A stretch of 64,000 bases of DNA, taken from positions 40,938,023-41,002,022 of the forward strand of contig NC_057718.1 in assembly GCF_004010195.1 (NCBI RefSeq), written 5' to 3'. This DNA comes from Chiloscyllium plagiosum (lineage: Eukaryota). Shown one piece after another: positions 1-9,779 of the stretch (position 1 is its first letter; the number at the start of each line of letters is the position of its first letter). The notes below the pieces were generated by a model. It saw only the letters and a program-made list of their open reading frames with translations. It was not told the origin of the DNA and ran no database searches. The position numbers and the translations under genes were made by a program.

Positions 1-241
1 CGGGTTCAATTCCTGACTCAGGCGACTGACTGTGTGGAGTTTGCACATTCTCCCCGTGTCTGCGTGGGTTTCCTCCCACAGTCCAAAGATGTGCAGGTCA
101 GGTGAATTGACCATGCTAAATTGCCCGTAGTGTTAGATAAAGGGGTAAATGTAGGGGAATGGGTGGGTTGCGCTTCGGCAGGTCGGTGTGGACTTGTTGG
201 GCCGAAGGGCCTGTTTCCACACTGTAAGTAATCTAATCTAA
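1..241 (+). mobile_element. HE1-type tRNA-derived V-SINE, 5' end cut by the window
   Basis: B-box-like GGTTCAATTCC at 3-13, V-domain-like TGTGTGGAGTTTGCACATTCTCCCCGTGTCTGCGTGGGTTTCC, CR1-derived tail GGGCCGAAGGGCCTGTTTCCACACTGTAAG ending in TAATCTAATCTAA. Close copies at 38120, 44711 and 55697. Confidence 0.9.
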
Positions 242-458
242 TGTTCTATGTCTGATAGCCCAGCAGCTCTAAGGCTGAGGAGGGTGGAATTTCTAAACCT
301 CCAGGATTATTGTGCAGTTTTCCTCCTGAGGAAAGCTAGAGAAGCTAATCTAATGTTCTATGTCTGATAGCCCAGCAGCTCTAAGGCTGAGGAGGGTGGA
401 ATTTCTAAACCTCCAGGATTATTGTGCAGTTTTCCTCCTGAGGAAAGCTAGAGAAGCT
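235..458. repeat. Perfect 112-bp tandem duplication (235-346 / 347-458)
   Basis: AATCTAATGTTCTATGTCTGATAGCC...GAAAGCTAGAGAAGCT occurs twice at an offset of 112, with no mismatch seen. Confidence 0.95.
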
Positions 459-749
459 GTTTAAGTGCCTGATTGCAGGGCCTTTCTAAGGTGCTGTAAT
501 GGGTGCACTTGGCATCTCTTTACCCAGGTCAAACTACCATCACTTGGATTAAATATCGTCCAAGTGTAGCCAAAAATGAATTATATACGTGCACATTCTT
601 ACAAAATTTAAGTTTCAAATGATAGTTTTAATGAGGAAGGAAAGATTGTGAGGGAGTAGAAGTTACAAAGTTTAAAACTGCTAAGAAAGAGGTAATCAAT
701 CTAGAGGCTATGTAATTTTAAAAAGACCCAAGGTTTGAATATATTAATT

Positions 750-920
750 TCATTTACAGAGAACAGGCCCCTGTGCACAAATGCACACTTCTTCTCGCAG
801 GTGTAAATGTATCACATTAAGAGCATGCGTGATTATCTTCAATTGTTTGTTTGTGCAGCAGTTAGCACAGTCAGAATTGTTCAGCAAAAGCCATCCAATC
901 ATGGAATTACACTTAACAGT
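750..920 (-). mobile_element. Penelope-like element relic: GIY-YIG endonuclease C-terminus
   Basis: ORF 750..1109 ends CNSMIGWLLLNNSDCANCCTNKQLKIITHALNVIHLHLREEVCICAQGPVLCK. This matches the PLE pattern SAIGQHLLxNPxCAxxYxxxQFxIlxxAxxxxHLxxLEAxYIxxxxPxLCxQK and the paralogous relic at ~39930-40080. Confidence 0.75.
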
Positions 921-1241
921 AGCTATTTGTTCACCTTGAATCTCTACACTCGCCTGAGGTGTGATGACCCTCAAATTATACCCCCATGAGTTGCCTCCCT
1001 CTAACGAGAGAGCAGAACTATGATGATCTGGGATTATTGGACAATTGCTGAGGCTGGTATTCCAGTACTCCTGTAATAAGTTTAAAAGGGAGAGTGCTGC
1101 AGGTTGCAAAAATAAAGGCTACAGAATTAACAAGTCCTTAGAGTCCTTGAGTTGTTATAACCAAAATCTACAGTTGTTTAATTGTGAACTGATGTGCTCA
1201 ATTATGGCAAAATGTATAGATATTGTAGGTTCCTGATATAG

Positions 1242-1370
1242 ATTCCTGATGAAGGACTTTTGCCCAAAACATTGATTTTCTGCTCCTCTGATGCTGACTG
1301 ACCTGCAGTGCTTTTCCAGCACCATTCTAATCTTGACTGTAATCTGCAGCATCTCCAGACCCCACTTCTG
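1242..1370 (+). mobile_element. PLE-derived mini-element with decayed hammerhead motif
   Basis: ATTC-CTGATGA-A-GGAC-TTTT-GCCC-AAAAC (G12 lost), followed by the family 3' region TGCTCCTCTGATGCTG...CAGCATCT..CCCACTTC. Homologous to 3391, 13494 and 54252. Confidence 0.8.
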
Positions 1371-2237
1371 TATAGGTACCCTTGAGTTCCTGATGAAAGT
1401 TTGACTCCACAGTTTTCCTCTTCACTGTGTACTTTTTTCTGAGGTGGTGGGAGAAACAGGCATGGAGAGTGAAAGAGACTTCCAGTTCTTAGTTACACAT
1501 TCATTTTTTAAAATCTCTCCTCTGGTGTTCAAAAGCAGCGATTGAAATCTAGTTCAGAGGACATTCTGGAATCTAGCTCCATTGTCTTTCCAAGCTGGCT
1601 AAATGGCAGGAGAAGTTTTCATCTTCCAGTATGTGGTATTATCACACAGGTTTGAATTATGAAATTCTTGACAGTCAATCAATTGTCTGGTTTCCATGAC
1701 TTTAGATAGTGTTAAGTTTAACATTACCTTCACCAAAAAAGCTGTTGCGCTCAAACACAGTGTGGGAAAAGAGAGAAGTCATCCTAAACCTCATCACCTG
1801 GTCTTAATACTAACAAGGTGCTGGTGTCTGAGAATTTCCTTTTGCATGATGACTCCTGTCAAATAATGTAAAGCTGCACAGCATTTAGTTTTTACTTTAC
1901 GTGAAGTCCTCAGAGACGTTCCAGAATAAATGATCTTGCAATTTTGACGAAGCCTTGACAAAGCATTTTGGAAAGCCTCTGTAAGTGTTTCAACAGTCCT
2001 CTTTATAGCTCCAGCAGCAAGTGAACAGTAAAACATGATATAAAGTGAAGTAGTGCTCAAAATTCTCTGTACTGCTGATACTTCAATGGTAAAGTCATAA
2101 TTCAGGTTAAGGGTGAAGATGTTCCAGATGAGAATACTGGAAATGCCATTTAGTATTAGAATAATAACAAAAAGTGCCAGAATTGCTCTTCGTTCAGCAG
2201 GCAATTGGAAAAATAGAAGGTCACAAGCTTTACCATT

Positions 2238-2730
2238 ATAGACTTGTAATTCAGAGGTTTGGGCTAATGGTTAGCAGATATAATTTCATATCCCAATGCG
2301 GCAGCTGGAAACTTTAAATTCAGTTAATGAAATAAATCTGGAATTAAAAAGCAATTATCATTATTAGTGACCATGAAACTACCAGATTAATGTAAAAATA
2401 TGTCTGATTCACTAATGTCCTTTGAGAACAAAATATAATCTGTGTGTAATGCCAGAACCATAGCAAGGCAGTTAAATCTTCAATGTACTCCGAAATAGGA
2501 TGGCAAGCCTCTCTGTTGTGCCAAACTACAGATGAAAGAACAGAACAATAAAAGCAAGTGGATCACTTAACTGTACTGGGACATTGGATTCAGATGGACC
2601 AAGGAATAATTCAGTTGACCCTGCAAACCACCCCTACAACTAACATCTGGGGTGTGTGCCAAAATTGTGAAAATTATCCCATTGACTTCCCAAACAACAG
2701 TCTGACATTGTCATATGAAATCATACATTT
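2238..2730 (+). mobile_element. tRNA-SINE-like head running into the APE-endonuclease start of a CR1-type LINE (family B)
   Basis: SINE-like segment (GTGACCATGAAACT...TTCACTAATGTCCTTTG) followed by AACATCTGGGGTGTGTGCCAAAATTG...CAACAGTCTGACATTGTC, read as a frameshifted NIWG.VPKL.ELS..L..QQ.DIV APE N-terminus. Confidence 0.55.
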
Positions 2731-3260
2731 CAGCCGGTGTTTCAAACTCATGAATCCTCCATCATGAGCCCCATATGTTGGTTCATCTTGTTAGGCCCCC
2801 TTACTGATTTTTCATTATTTTGTTTTATTCTATTTATAACCTTTGGTTTGGAGTTGTGAACTGTGAGATAAATAGTGGACGTAACGTACTTCAGACAACA
2901 GTAAACAATCATATGACAGATAGGTATTCCTGCCACAGCCAGTCATGATGATGGAAAAAAAGAAAAACAAGTGGAAAGCGGAGGATACTTCAACATTCCC
3001 ATCCTCAGTGATATTGGCACACAACAGGAGTACAAAAGACTACTGTGGGGTTTAGCCAAATGTATAACTCAGCCTCCTCTTGATGTTCCTACCATATAAA
3101 AGCCAATCTGAATCAATCTGTATTTTCTTAAAATAGCTGAGTATATTAAAGACATTAGGCCACAATACCATTCTGGCTGCATTGCTGAAGATTTCCATTG
3201 GTCAATATCAGCTTCACCTCTACCAAGCTGCTTCAGTTATAGTTACAATGCTGGTACATT

Positions 3261-3480
3261 AGGAGAAAGTGAGGACTGCAGATGCTGGAGACCAGAGTTG
3301 AAAACTGTGGTGCTGGAAAAGCGCAGCAGGCCAGGCAGCATCCGAGGAGCAGGAGAATCGACGTTTTGGCCATAAGCCCTTCTTCAGGAATTCCTGAAGA
3401 AGGGCTTATGCCCGAAACGTCGATTCTCCTGCTCCTCGGATGCTGCCTGGCCTGCTGCACTTTTCCAGCACCACACTTTT
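3261..3480. mobile_element. Head-to-head palindromic PLE insertion with TSD
   Basis: Inverted arms of ~90-100 bp centred on GGAA|TTCC (3390/3391). Flanked by CAATGCTGGTA at 3246-3256 and 3481-3491. Confidence 0.9.
3391..3425 (+). ncRNA. Minimal type I hammerhead ribozyme motif, intact core
   Basis: CTGAAGA (3394-3400), extra A, stem II GGGC-TTAT-GCCC, GAAAC, GTC (predicted cleavage after 3421). Palindromic ACGT replaces stem III. Stem I is only ~2 bp. Confidence 0.75.
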
Positions 3481-3751
3481 CAATGCTGGTATGTACCTAT
3501 TATGATCCCAACTGTTGGTGATACTGCATAAGTCTGATCTGAGCAGGAAACCTGGCTTGATCGATCATATTTTGATTTTGCAGTTGGCTAATATAGTGGT
3601 CAGGCAATGAAATATATTCATGTGGGGCTGCAGATACTCATTATCAATAGAACACAAGTTTATTATATAAAAAAACAAATAAACTAATTGCGTGTATGTA
3701 TGTGCGTCAGCTAGAAAGATCTTAACACAAAAATCAAAACAAATTGTTAGA

Positions 3752-3880
3752 AACCAAAAGAATGCAGATGCTGTAAATCAGAGACACAACTGCTTTAGGT
3801 CAGAATTGGAACCACTGAGGAAGTTACTCGACCTGAAATGTTTACCCACACCTGCTGAGCTTTTCCAGCAAACAACTTGT
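3752..3880. mobile_element. Decayed inverted PLE terminal fragment
   Basis: Minus-strand tail GAATGCAGATGCTGTAAATCAG, then plus-strand CTGAGGA-AGTTACTCGACCT-GAAATGTT and CCTGCTGAGCTTTTCCAGCA, similar to 9120-9340. Confidence 0.55.
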
Positions 3881-4679
3881 TAACCTTTTCCCCAACACTA
3901 CCTGGTACAAAGTCTCAATGTTAGGGAAGTGTTCTTCCTCTCACTGTTTTTTCTTAACATTTGTACTCAGCTGACTTTTCCCACTTGTTTTTTTCTTGAA
4001 CCATGAAGACAATGTTATGTTTCCTTTTTGGGTCTGTTTGCATGATGTTTCACAATTCTGATAGACTGCTGTTTCTCAGTTTTAACAACTTGAAGATTTC
4101 CATCCAAACTTTCCTGACTTGGAAGCTCCACAGACCAGAAACCACTTCTGAGATGACAGGTCCCCCTAACCTCCCTTGATTCCCTGGCTAGGAATAACTG
4201 TTTTACCTTCTGAACTCAACACCGGGTTCTTCTGAATGCAAACTTAGAATCGTCTGTTCTGAAGTCAGAGGTGGCTTAATGTATTACTCTGTCTGTTATA
4301 ACTGCAACAGTATAATTGTTTACCCATTGACATGTCAGGGGTTTAGCAGGGTGGAATCACATGCAATCACATCATTCTTGGAACTGATAAATTTAGGTCA
4401 TTTTCCAAATGATTTTCTGATCTGTTGAAAAATCATCCTTTACAGAATTGACCAATATCAATCTGCCTCTACTTTGAAATCCTAATCTCAAAATATAACG
4501 TATATATTATACGCTTTTCATCACATACAGCACATAATAGAAAATTTCCCAGTTTTGTCCTCACCTCAAAAAGCAGGGCAAATCCAAGCTAGCCAAAGCC
4601 TCTTGCAATTATCAGCATGGAAGAGATTGTGAACAGTACTATCAAGTGATGCTTAATCATCAATAACTTACTCATTGAT

Positions 4680-4914
4680 ATAACAACAGAAAGTACTAGA
4701 AATACATAACAAGTATGACAGAATCTGTAGAGAGAGAAACAGGTGAACTTTTCAAGTCACGACCTTTCATCAGACCTGAGAAAAAATTAAAATTTCGCCT
4801 TTTAAGTAGGTGAAATGAAGGAGAGTGAAAAAGATGAAATAATGTCCCTTGATTTGCATTGAGATTCATTGGAACATTGCAGTCGGTCAAGGACAGAGAT
4901 GTCAAAGTGCAGCA
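4680..4914 (-). mobile_element. PLE 3' fragment carrying a hammerhead, nested in a LINE
   Basis: Interrupts the LINE between the diverged direct repeats TACTCATTGAT (4669-4679) and TACTCACTTAT (4915-4925). Confidence 0.65.
4740..4778 (-). ncRNA. Minimal type I hammerhead ribozyme motif with 5-bp stem I
   Basis: Minus strand reads CAGGT-CTGATGA-A-AGGTC-GT-GACTT-GAAA-AGT-TC-ACCTG. CAGGU pairs with ACCUG (stem I), AGGUC pairs with GACUU (stem II), and the UC site precedes stem I. Confidence 0.7.
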
Positions 4915-5069
4915 TACTCACTTATGCTCAGTTTGGGTTCTGCCAGCACCACTAAGCTTCAGATCTCTTTGGTTTGGTTCAAACACCAACATAAGAATTG
5001 AGTTGCAGAGGTGCAGTGAGAGTAACTGCTCTTGGATTCAAGGCAATATTTGATGAAACAGACATAGAA

Positions 5070-6190
5070 GAATTAAAGTCAATGCAATAGATGCTATCTA
5101 TATGTACTTTAAGCAAGTGTTTGAGAACGTACCACAGGAAGACTGGTTAGGAAAATCAAGGACCATTGAATAGGAATTACAGTGGGAACTTCATTAAAAC
5201 ATATTGAATAAACAGAAGCAGATTGTGGTAAATGGTTGGTTTCCCGATCGGAGGATGGGAGACAGTGGTGTTCCCAAAGGGTCAGTACTAAAACCACTGT
5301 TTTCAATATAACTTGGATATTGAAATAAAAATTGATATTTCAAATTTTTCCAATGACACCAAAATTGGAGATATCATAATCTGTGGGATTGATTCCAAAC
5401 AACTGCAAAAAAATATAGATTGGGTGCTGAAGTGGAAAATGGACTTTCGTATAAAGAGGTATGAAATATTAACAATAAAACAAACAACTGCAGATTCTGG
5501 AAATCTGAAACAAAACCAGAAATTGCAGGAGAAACTCAACAGCTCTGGACCAAAATGCTAACACTGCTTTCTCTCCACAGATGCTGCCAGACCTGCTGAT
5601 TTTCTCCAGCAATTTCTGTTTTTGAAGTATGAGATGATACACTGGCAGAAGAGATGGGATGGCCAATATGGATCTAATGGCCTAAAGAGAATGGGAAGGG
5701 ACAGCAAAACCTGGAGGTTCATGCATCTAGATTTTTGAAGGTGGTCAGACATGTTGAGAGAGTAGTAAGAAAAGCATATGTCATCTTTGGCTTCATAAAT
5801 ACCGTACGAGCTATTCCGTGCGAAAACATGGAGGCTATTGTTGATCTTTTTAAAACACTGATTCAGCCACAAGTGGAACACTGTATTCCGTTCTGGTCAC
5901 CACTCTTTAAGAAGGATATGAAGATCTATCAGATGATGCAGATGACCAAAATAGTCCCAGTTATGAGGGATATTATCTAAACGATTAGACTGAAGAAACT
6001 GGAGTTTCTCTCCTTAAAACAAAGAAGATTGAGAGGAGGTCTGATAGCAGTGTACAAGATTAAAGCAAGCTTAAGATTGTGAGAGAAAAGAAATGCTTGT
6101 ATTAGCCGATGGTACAGGACACAAAATTAAAATTTGGGCAAGAGATGTGGTGGTGATGTGAGGATGAGCCTTTTTACACAGTAAATGTAA
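5070..6190 (+). mobile_element. CR1 (HER1-like) LINE RT/3' fragment, decayed
   Basis: ISNFSNDTKIG (YADD-region equivalent FADDTK), LIQPQVEHCIPFWSP and LKKLEFLSLKQRRLRGGLI motifs. Confidence 0.85.
5475..5625. mobile_element. Inverted PLE terminal fragments nested in CR1
   Basis: CAAAACCAGAAATTGCAGGAGAAACTCAAC and its reverse complement GCTGATTTTCTCCAGCAATTTCTGTTTTTG flank GGACCAAAATGCTAAC. Confidence 0.7.
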
Positions 6191-6449
6191 CAGTTGAGAA
6201 TTCCATGGAGCAATTTGAAAATAAGGCTGAAAACTTTAAAGTCAATATGCTCCTTGAGTGGAAGCCAGTGTGGTGAATAGAGAAGTAGTGGGTGAATAGA
6301 CTTGGTGAAAATTATGGCATAAACATCATCGATTCAATGAACTCAGCTTTACAGACCACAGAATTTGGGAGACCAGCCAGGAGTGCATTAGAATTTTCAT
6401 GTTATGAGATAATAATGAAAGCTGAACATGAACAAGGCATTCAAGACAG

Positions 6450-6750
6450 TTATCCCTCTCATAAAAGGATTAAAAATGAGAGGCACAGATTTAAAGTCAT
6501 TTGCAAAGTAAGCCGATGCAATGTGAGAAAATCTTCTTCACACAGCGAGTAAATAGGGTCTAGAATGCAGTGCTTGGAAGTGTGGTGGGGTCAAGTTCAA
6601 TGAGGCATTCAAGAGGGCACTAGATGATTACTTGAATAGAAACAATTTCCAAGGTAATGGGGAAAAGGCAGCATAATGAAATTAAGTCATAATTCTGTAC
6701 AGACACAATGTACCAAATGATCTCCTTCTGCACATAACAATTCTGTGTTT
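6450..6750 (+). mobile_element. CR1 LINE 3' end
   Basis: RHRFKVI..K...NVRKSSS motif plus the CR1 3' UTR (CCAAATGATCTCCTTCTG...ATTCTGTG). Confidence 0.75.
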
Positions 6751-6789
6751 CAGTTCCATTTACAACTCCTCAAATAATGAGGCAGTCTA

Positions 6790-7100
6790 TGTTTGCATGC
6801 AGCAACAGCTGGAAAAAAGGCTAATGCTGAATTAGCAGCAAGTAACCTTGGGGCAACACAAGTGCCAAAAACAATGACTATCTCCATCAAAAGAATCTAA
6901 CCACCTCCCTTTGGCATTCAGCAGCATCGCTACCACCTACCATCAATATTCGAATCTTCATTGATCAGGAACATAACTGAATTGTCCACATAAGTATAAT
7001 AGCTACAAGATTGTGTCAGAGACTGAGAATTCTCTAATGACTAATCCATCTCCTGACTGCTCAAGACCTTCCAACATCAACAAAATACAAGCTTGAAACA
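6790..7100 (+). mobile_element. CR1-type family B post-RT fragment
   Basis: AAGTGCCA..CAATGACTATCTCCATCAAAAGAATCTAACCACCTCCC is the reverse complement of the family-B copy at ~56390-56450. Confidence 0.65.
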
Positions 7101-7139
7101 CACTCTCGGATAGATACTTTATGCCCCAGAAACTTGTAT

Positions 7140-8600
7140 ATTTCAATAAGACCATTTCTCATTCTTCTAAACTCCAATGTTGTGGATCCAACCTGCTCAC
7201 CCTTTCCTCATGAGACAACTTTTTCATCCCTGGAGTCTGCCTAGTGAACCTTCTCCAAACTACTTCCAGTACAAGAATATTCTCTTTACATAAAGCAACT
7301 AGAACTACACACAATGCTAGATGTGGCCTCACCAATGCCCTGTACAGATATAGCAAGAAATCCTTAGTCTTATGCTCAATCACCCTTGCAATAAAGGACA
7401 ACACTCCATTTATCTTCCTCATTACTTTTTGTGCCTGTGTCATAAACTGCCATTCATGTATGAGGACACCCAGATGCTATTGTATCAAAGCAATTCTATT
7501 TTACTTTTCTATTCTTTCTGTCAAAATTGACAACATACTTTAATCTGACAAATATTTATCATTCACCAAATCTAACTTTATCACTTTGCAGACTGTTATC
7601 CTCTTTACTAAACTTTAACTATTTGGAGTGTATGGGGTGGGTGGGGAGTGAGGAGAAGGATCAGGAAGCTAAGTTGATAAATATATTCAAAGCTGAGATA
7701 GATTTTTATTCAGTAAGGGGATAACAGGTTATGGGGTTAAGGTAGCTAAGTGGATTAGCCATGATCTCATTAGATGGCAGAGCTGACTCAGTGGGCTGAA
7801 TGGCCTAATTCTGATCCTACATCTTATGCGCCTGTATATTTGTACATGAGAAAATTTAGTTTCAGTACGGTTGGTCCCCTCTTCCAAGCCCTTAATATAA
7901 ATGAGCTCAATCGTTAAGCCCCCAGTACTGATCCCCTATGGTACACTGCTAATTCAAGTTTGCAAAGTTGAAAATGGCCCTAACTCTGAATCCTAACTCT
8001 GTTTCCTGTTGATTCACCAATATTCTAGATAGCTTAATATCTCATCTACAATACAGAGAGCTGTTAACGTGTGTTACAGCATTTGACATTATACCTCATT
8101 AAATGTAAATGCATTACACCTTCTGGTTCCCCTTTTATCATCCTCTTCTTACATCTTCAAAGAATGCAAACAAATTTGTTGGACACAATTTCCCTTTCAT
8201 AAAACTATGTGCTGTCTGCTTAATACAAGAATAAAAACATGATGCTGAACATGTATAAGGTACATGTTTGAACTCAACTCGAGTATTGTGTACAATTCTG
8301 GGCACAACACCATAAGAAGGATGTGAATGCTTTGGAGAAAGTGTTGAAGAGATTTAGAGCAGCGGTTTCATGGATGACAAACCTTGGTCATGTAGATGGT
8401 TTGGAGATGTTGTGACCATTCTCTTTGGTGAGATGAAGGCTAAGTGGAAATCTGCTAGACATGTTGCATAGAGTAGATGAGAGAAACTGTTTTCAATTAT
8501 AAAAGGATGAAGAGCAAAAGAGTAAAATTTAAAGTGATTTATGAAAGAAGCAAATGTGGTGCGAGATAAAAACATTTTCACACAATGACTGGTTCAGGTC
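7140..8600. mobile_element. Cluster of CR1 fragments in alternating orientation (7140-7600 -, 7620-7830 +, 7850-8220 -, 8225-8600 +)
   Basis: ORF 7159..7443(-) LYLYRALVRPHL...RRFTRQTPGMKKLSHEERVSRL, and plus-strand LEYCVQFWAQHHKKDVNALEKV at ~8280-8345. Confidence 0.8.
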
Positions 8601-8604
8601 TGGT

Positions 8605-9562
8605 TTCACAGCTCATCTCCTCCAAGATGATGGCGAAGTAACAGGGCTGAGCCCAGGCCACATCAGCTCTTGTTCTTTTTTGTATCTCTTCTTCTTTTTA
8701 CTTTAGTTCTTTTCCTTTTTTTCTTCTTTTTTATCTTCGGTTTTCTTTTCTCCAAAGTGGTGGGTGAAGGAAGAGTACACTGGCAGTAGCAACAACAATG
8801 CCGGGCCGAGCAAGCCACAGCTCCATCCCAGCCTGAGGTCGCCTGGCAAGCAAGGAACAGGTCCCGGGTTGACTTGCCCAGCCTGGACCCGCAGGCTGAG
8901 CCGAGGCACCAGGCCTGGGCACCTGAAAGAGTGGAAGCAGCGGCAGCAGCATCTAGAGGAGTGTCGAATGGAAAACAGGTTGTATGTAACCCATGCATCC
9001 CCAGGCCCATGGTTCTAGCTTGGTGGTCGTGGGAATGATGGCAGTGAAAGCCTGCAACCAAGACCCTAGAGCTCATTACAAAAGCTCAGAAAACCATAAT
9101 ACCATCATAGGATCACCAAAATCTAAAAACTGAAAGGATTACAGATGCTATAAATCAAAAAAAAGAACTTGCTGGCAAAGCTCAGCAAGTCTGGCAGCAT
9201 CTGTAAAAAGAAATCAGAGTTAACCCTTCTTCAAAACTCTGCTTTCTCTTCACAGATGCTGCCAGACCTGCTGAGCTTTTCCAACAACTTGTGTTTTTGT
9301 TTTTGATTTACAGCATCTGCAATTCTTTCATTTTTTATGAAAACCCAGGAGCCAGTTTCAGAGACTCCAGCCAATGTCAAGCAACAACTGGAAAGCAGTG
9401 GAGTTTGAACAAAAAGAGAGAAAGATGAACTCCATTACAGAAAAACCTTACATTATATTTAGGTTTCAAGATGACGTTGGAGCATGGTGACTCTTTGCAT
9501 ATAACGTGCAAGAAAACACTTTTCACTGTATTTTTATATACATGTGACAATAAATCTAAATC
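8605..9562 (+). mobile_element. Non-coding LINE-tailed retroposon inserted in CR1
   Basis: Starts near CAAGATGATGGCG, then a pyrimidine tract and a GC-rich body. Ends CACTTTTCACTGTA...TACATGTGACAATAAATCTAAATCT (Rex1/L2-like tail from memory). CR1 resumes at ~9563. Confidence 0.5.
9120..9340. mobile_element. Head-to-head palindromic PLE terminal fragment
   Basis: ACAGATGCTATAAATCAAAA...CTCAGCAAGTCTGGCAGCATCTGT is mirrored by ACAGATGCTGCCAGACCTGCTGAG...TTTTGATTTACAGCATCTGC. Confidence 0.8.
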
Positions 9563-9735
9563 TGGAAGTGGAGGCAGGTTCAACTGAGGCATTCAAAAGT
9601 GAATTGGATATTTATTTGAGTAGAAATAATGTATAGGGCTGTGGGGAAAAGGAAGGAGAATGGCCATAAATTGTGATGCTAATTCAGAAAGCAAGTACAG
9701 ATATGAGGGGCCATAACACTTTGGTGATTCTGTGA
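9563..9735 (+). mobile_element. CR1 3' end (continuation of 8225-8600)
   Basis: GGAGGCAGGTTCAACTGAGGCATTCAAAAGTGAATTGGAT, similar to 6590-6630. Confidence 0.7.
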
Positions 9736-9779
9736 TAGTGTTGTGGTTTTCTGAGATTTGAGTATTCTCCCAATGACAA

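Larger units (their letters stand above)
4535..5055 (+). mobile_element. CR1-type LINE family B RT fragment, split by a PLE
   Basis: Decayed motifs K..Q.CP..KKQGKS..A, NNLL.D|AQFGFCQ.H.ASDL and ELSCRGAVRVTALD.KAIFD. Confidence 0.65.

Noticed and set aside
235..458. Possible CRISPR-like repeat
   Set aside because: Two adjacent 112-bp units with no spacers, in a eukaryotic context with no cas genes.
1385..1410. Extra TTCCTGATGAAAG just after the 1242 element as a tandem second hammerhead
   Set aside because: It lacks stem II and GAAA, so a dimeric arrangement cannot be claimed.
3233..3521. Mirror-image ORFs on both strands (also 14136-14519 and 57945-58304)
   Set aside because: They arise from the palindromic PLE insertions. 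They are not genes or a toxin-antitoxin pair.
8663..9076. ORF with a lysine/arginine-rich NLS-like tail
   Set aside because: The basic tail is just the translation of the complement of the T-rich tract in the retroposon.
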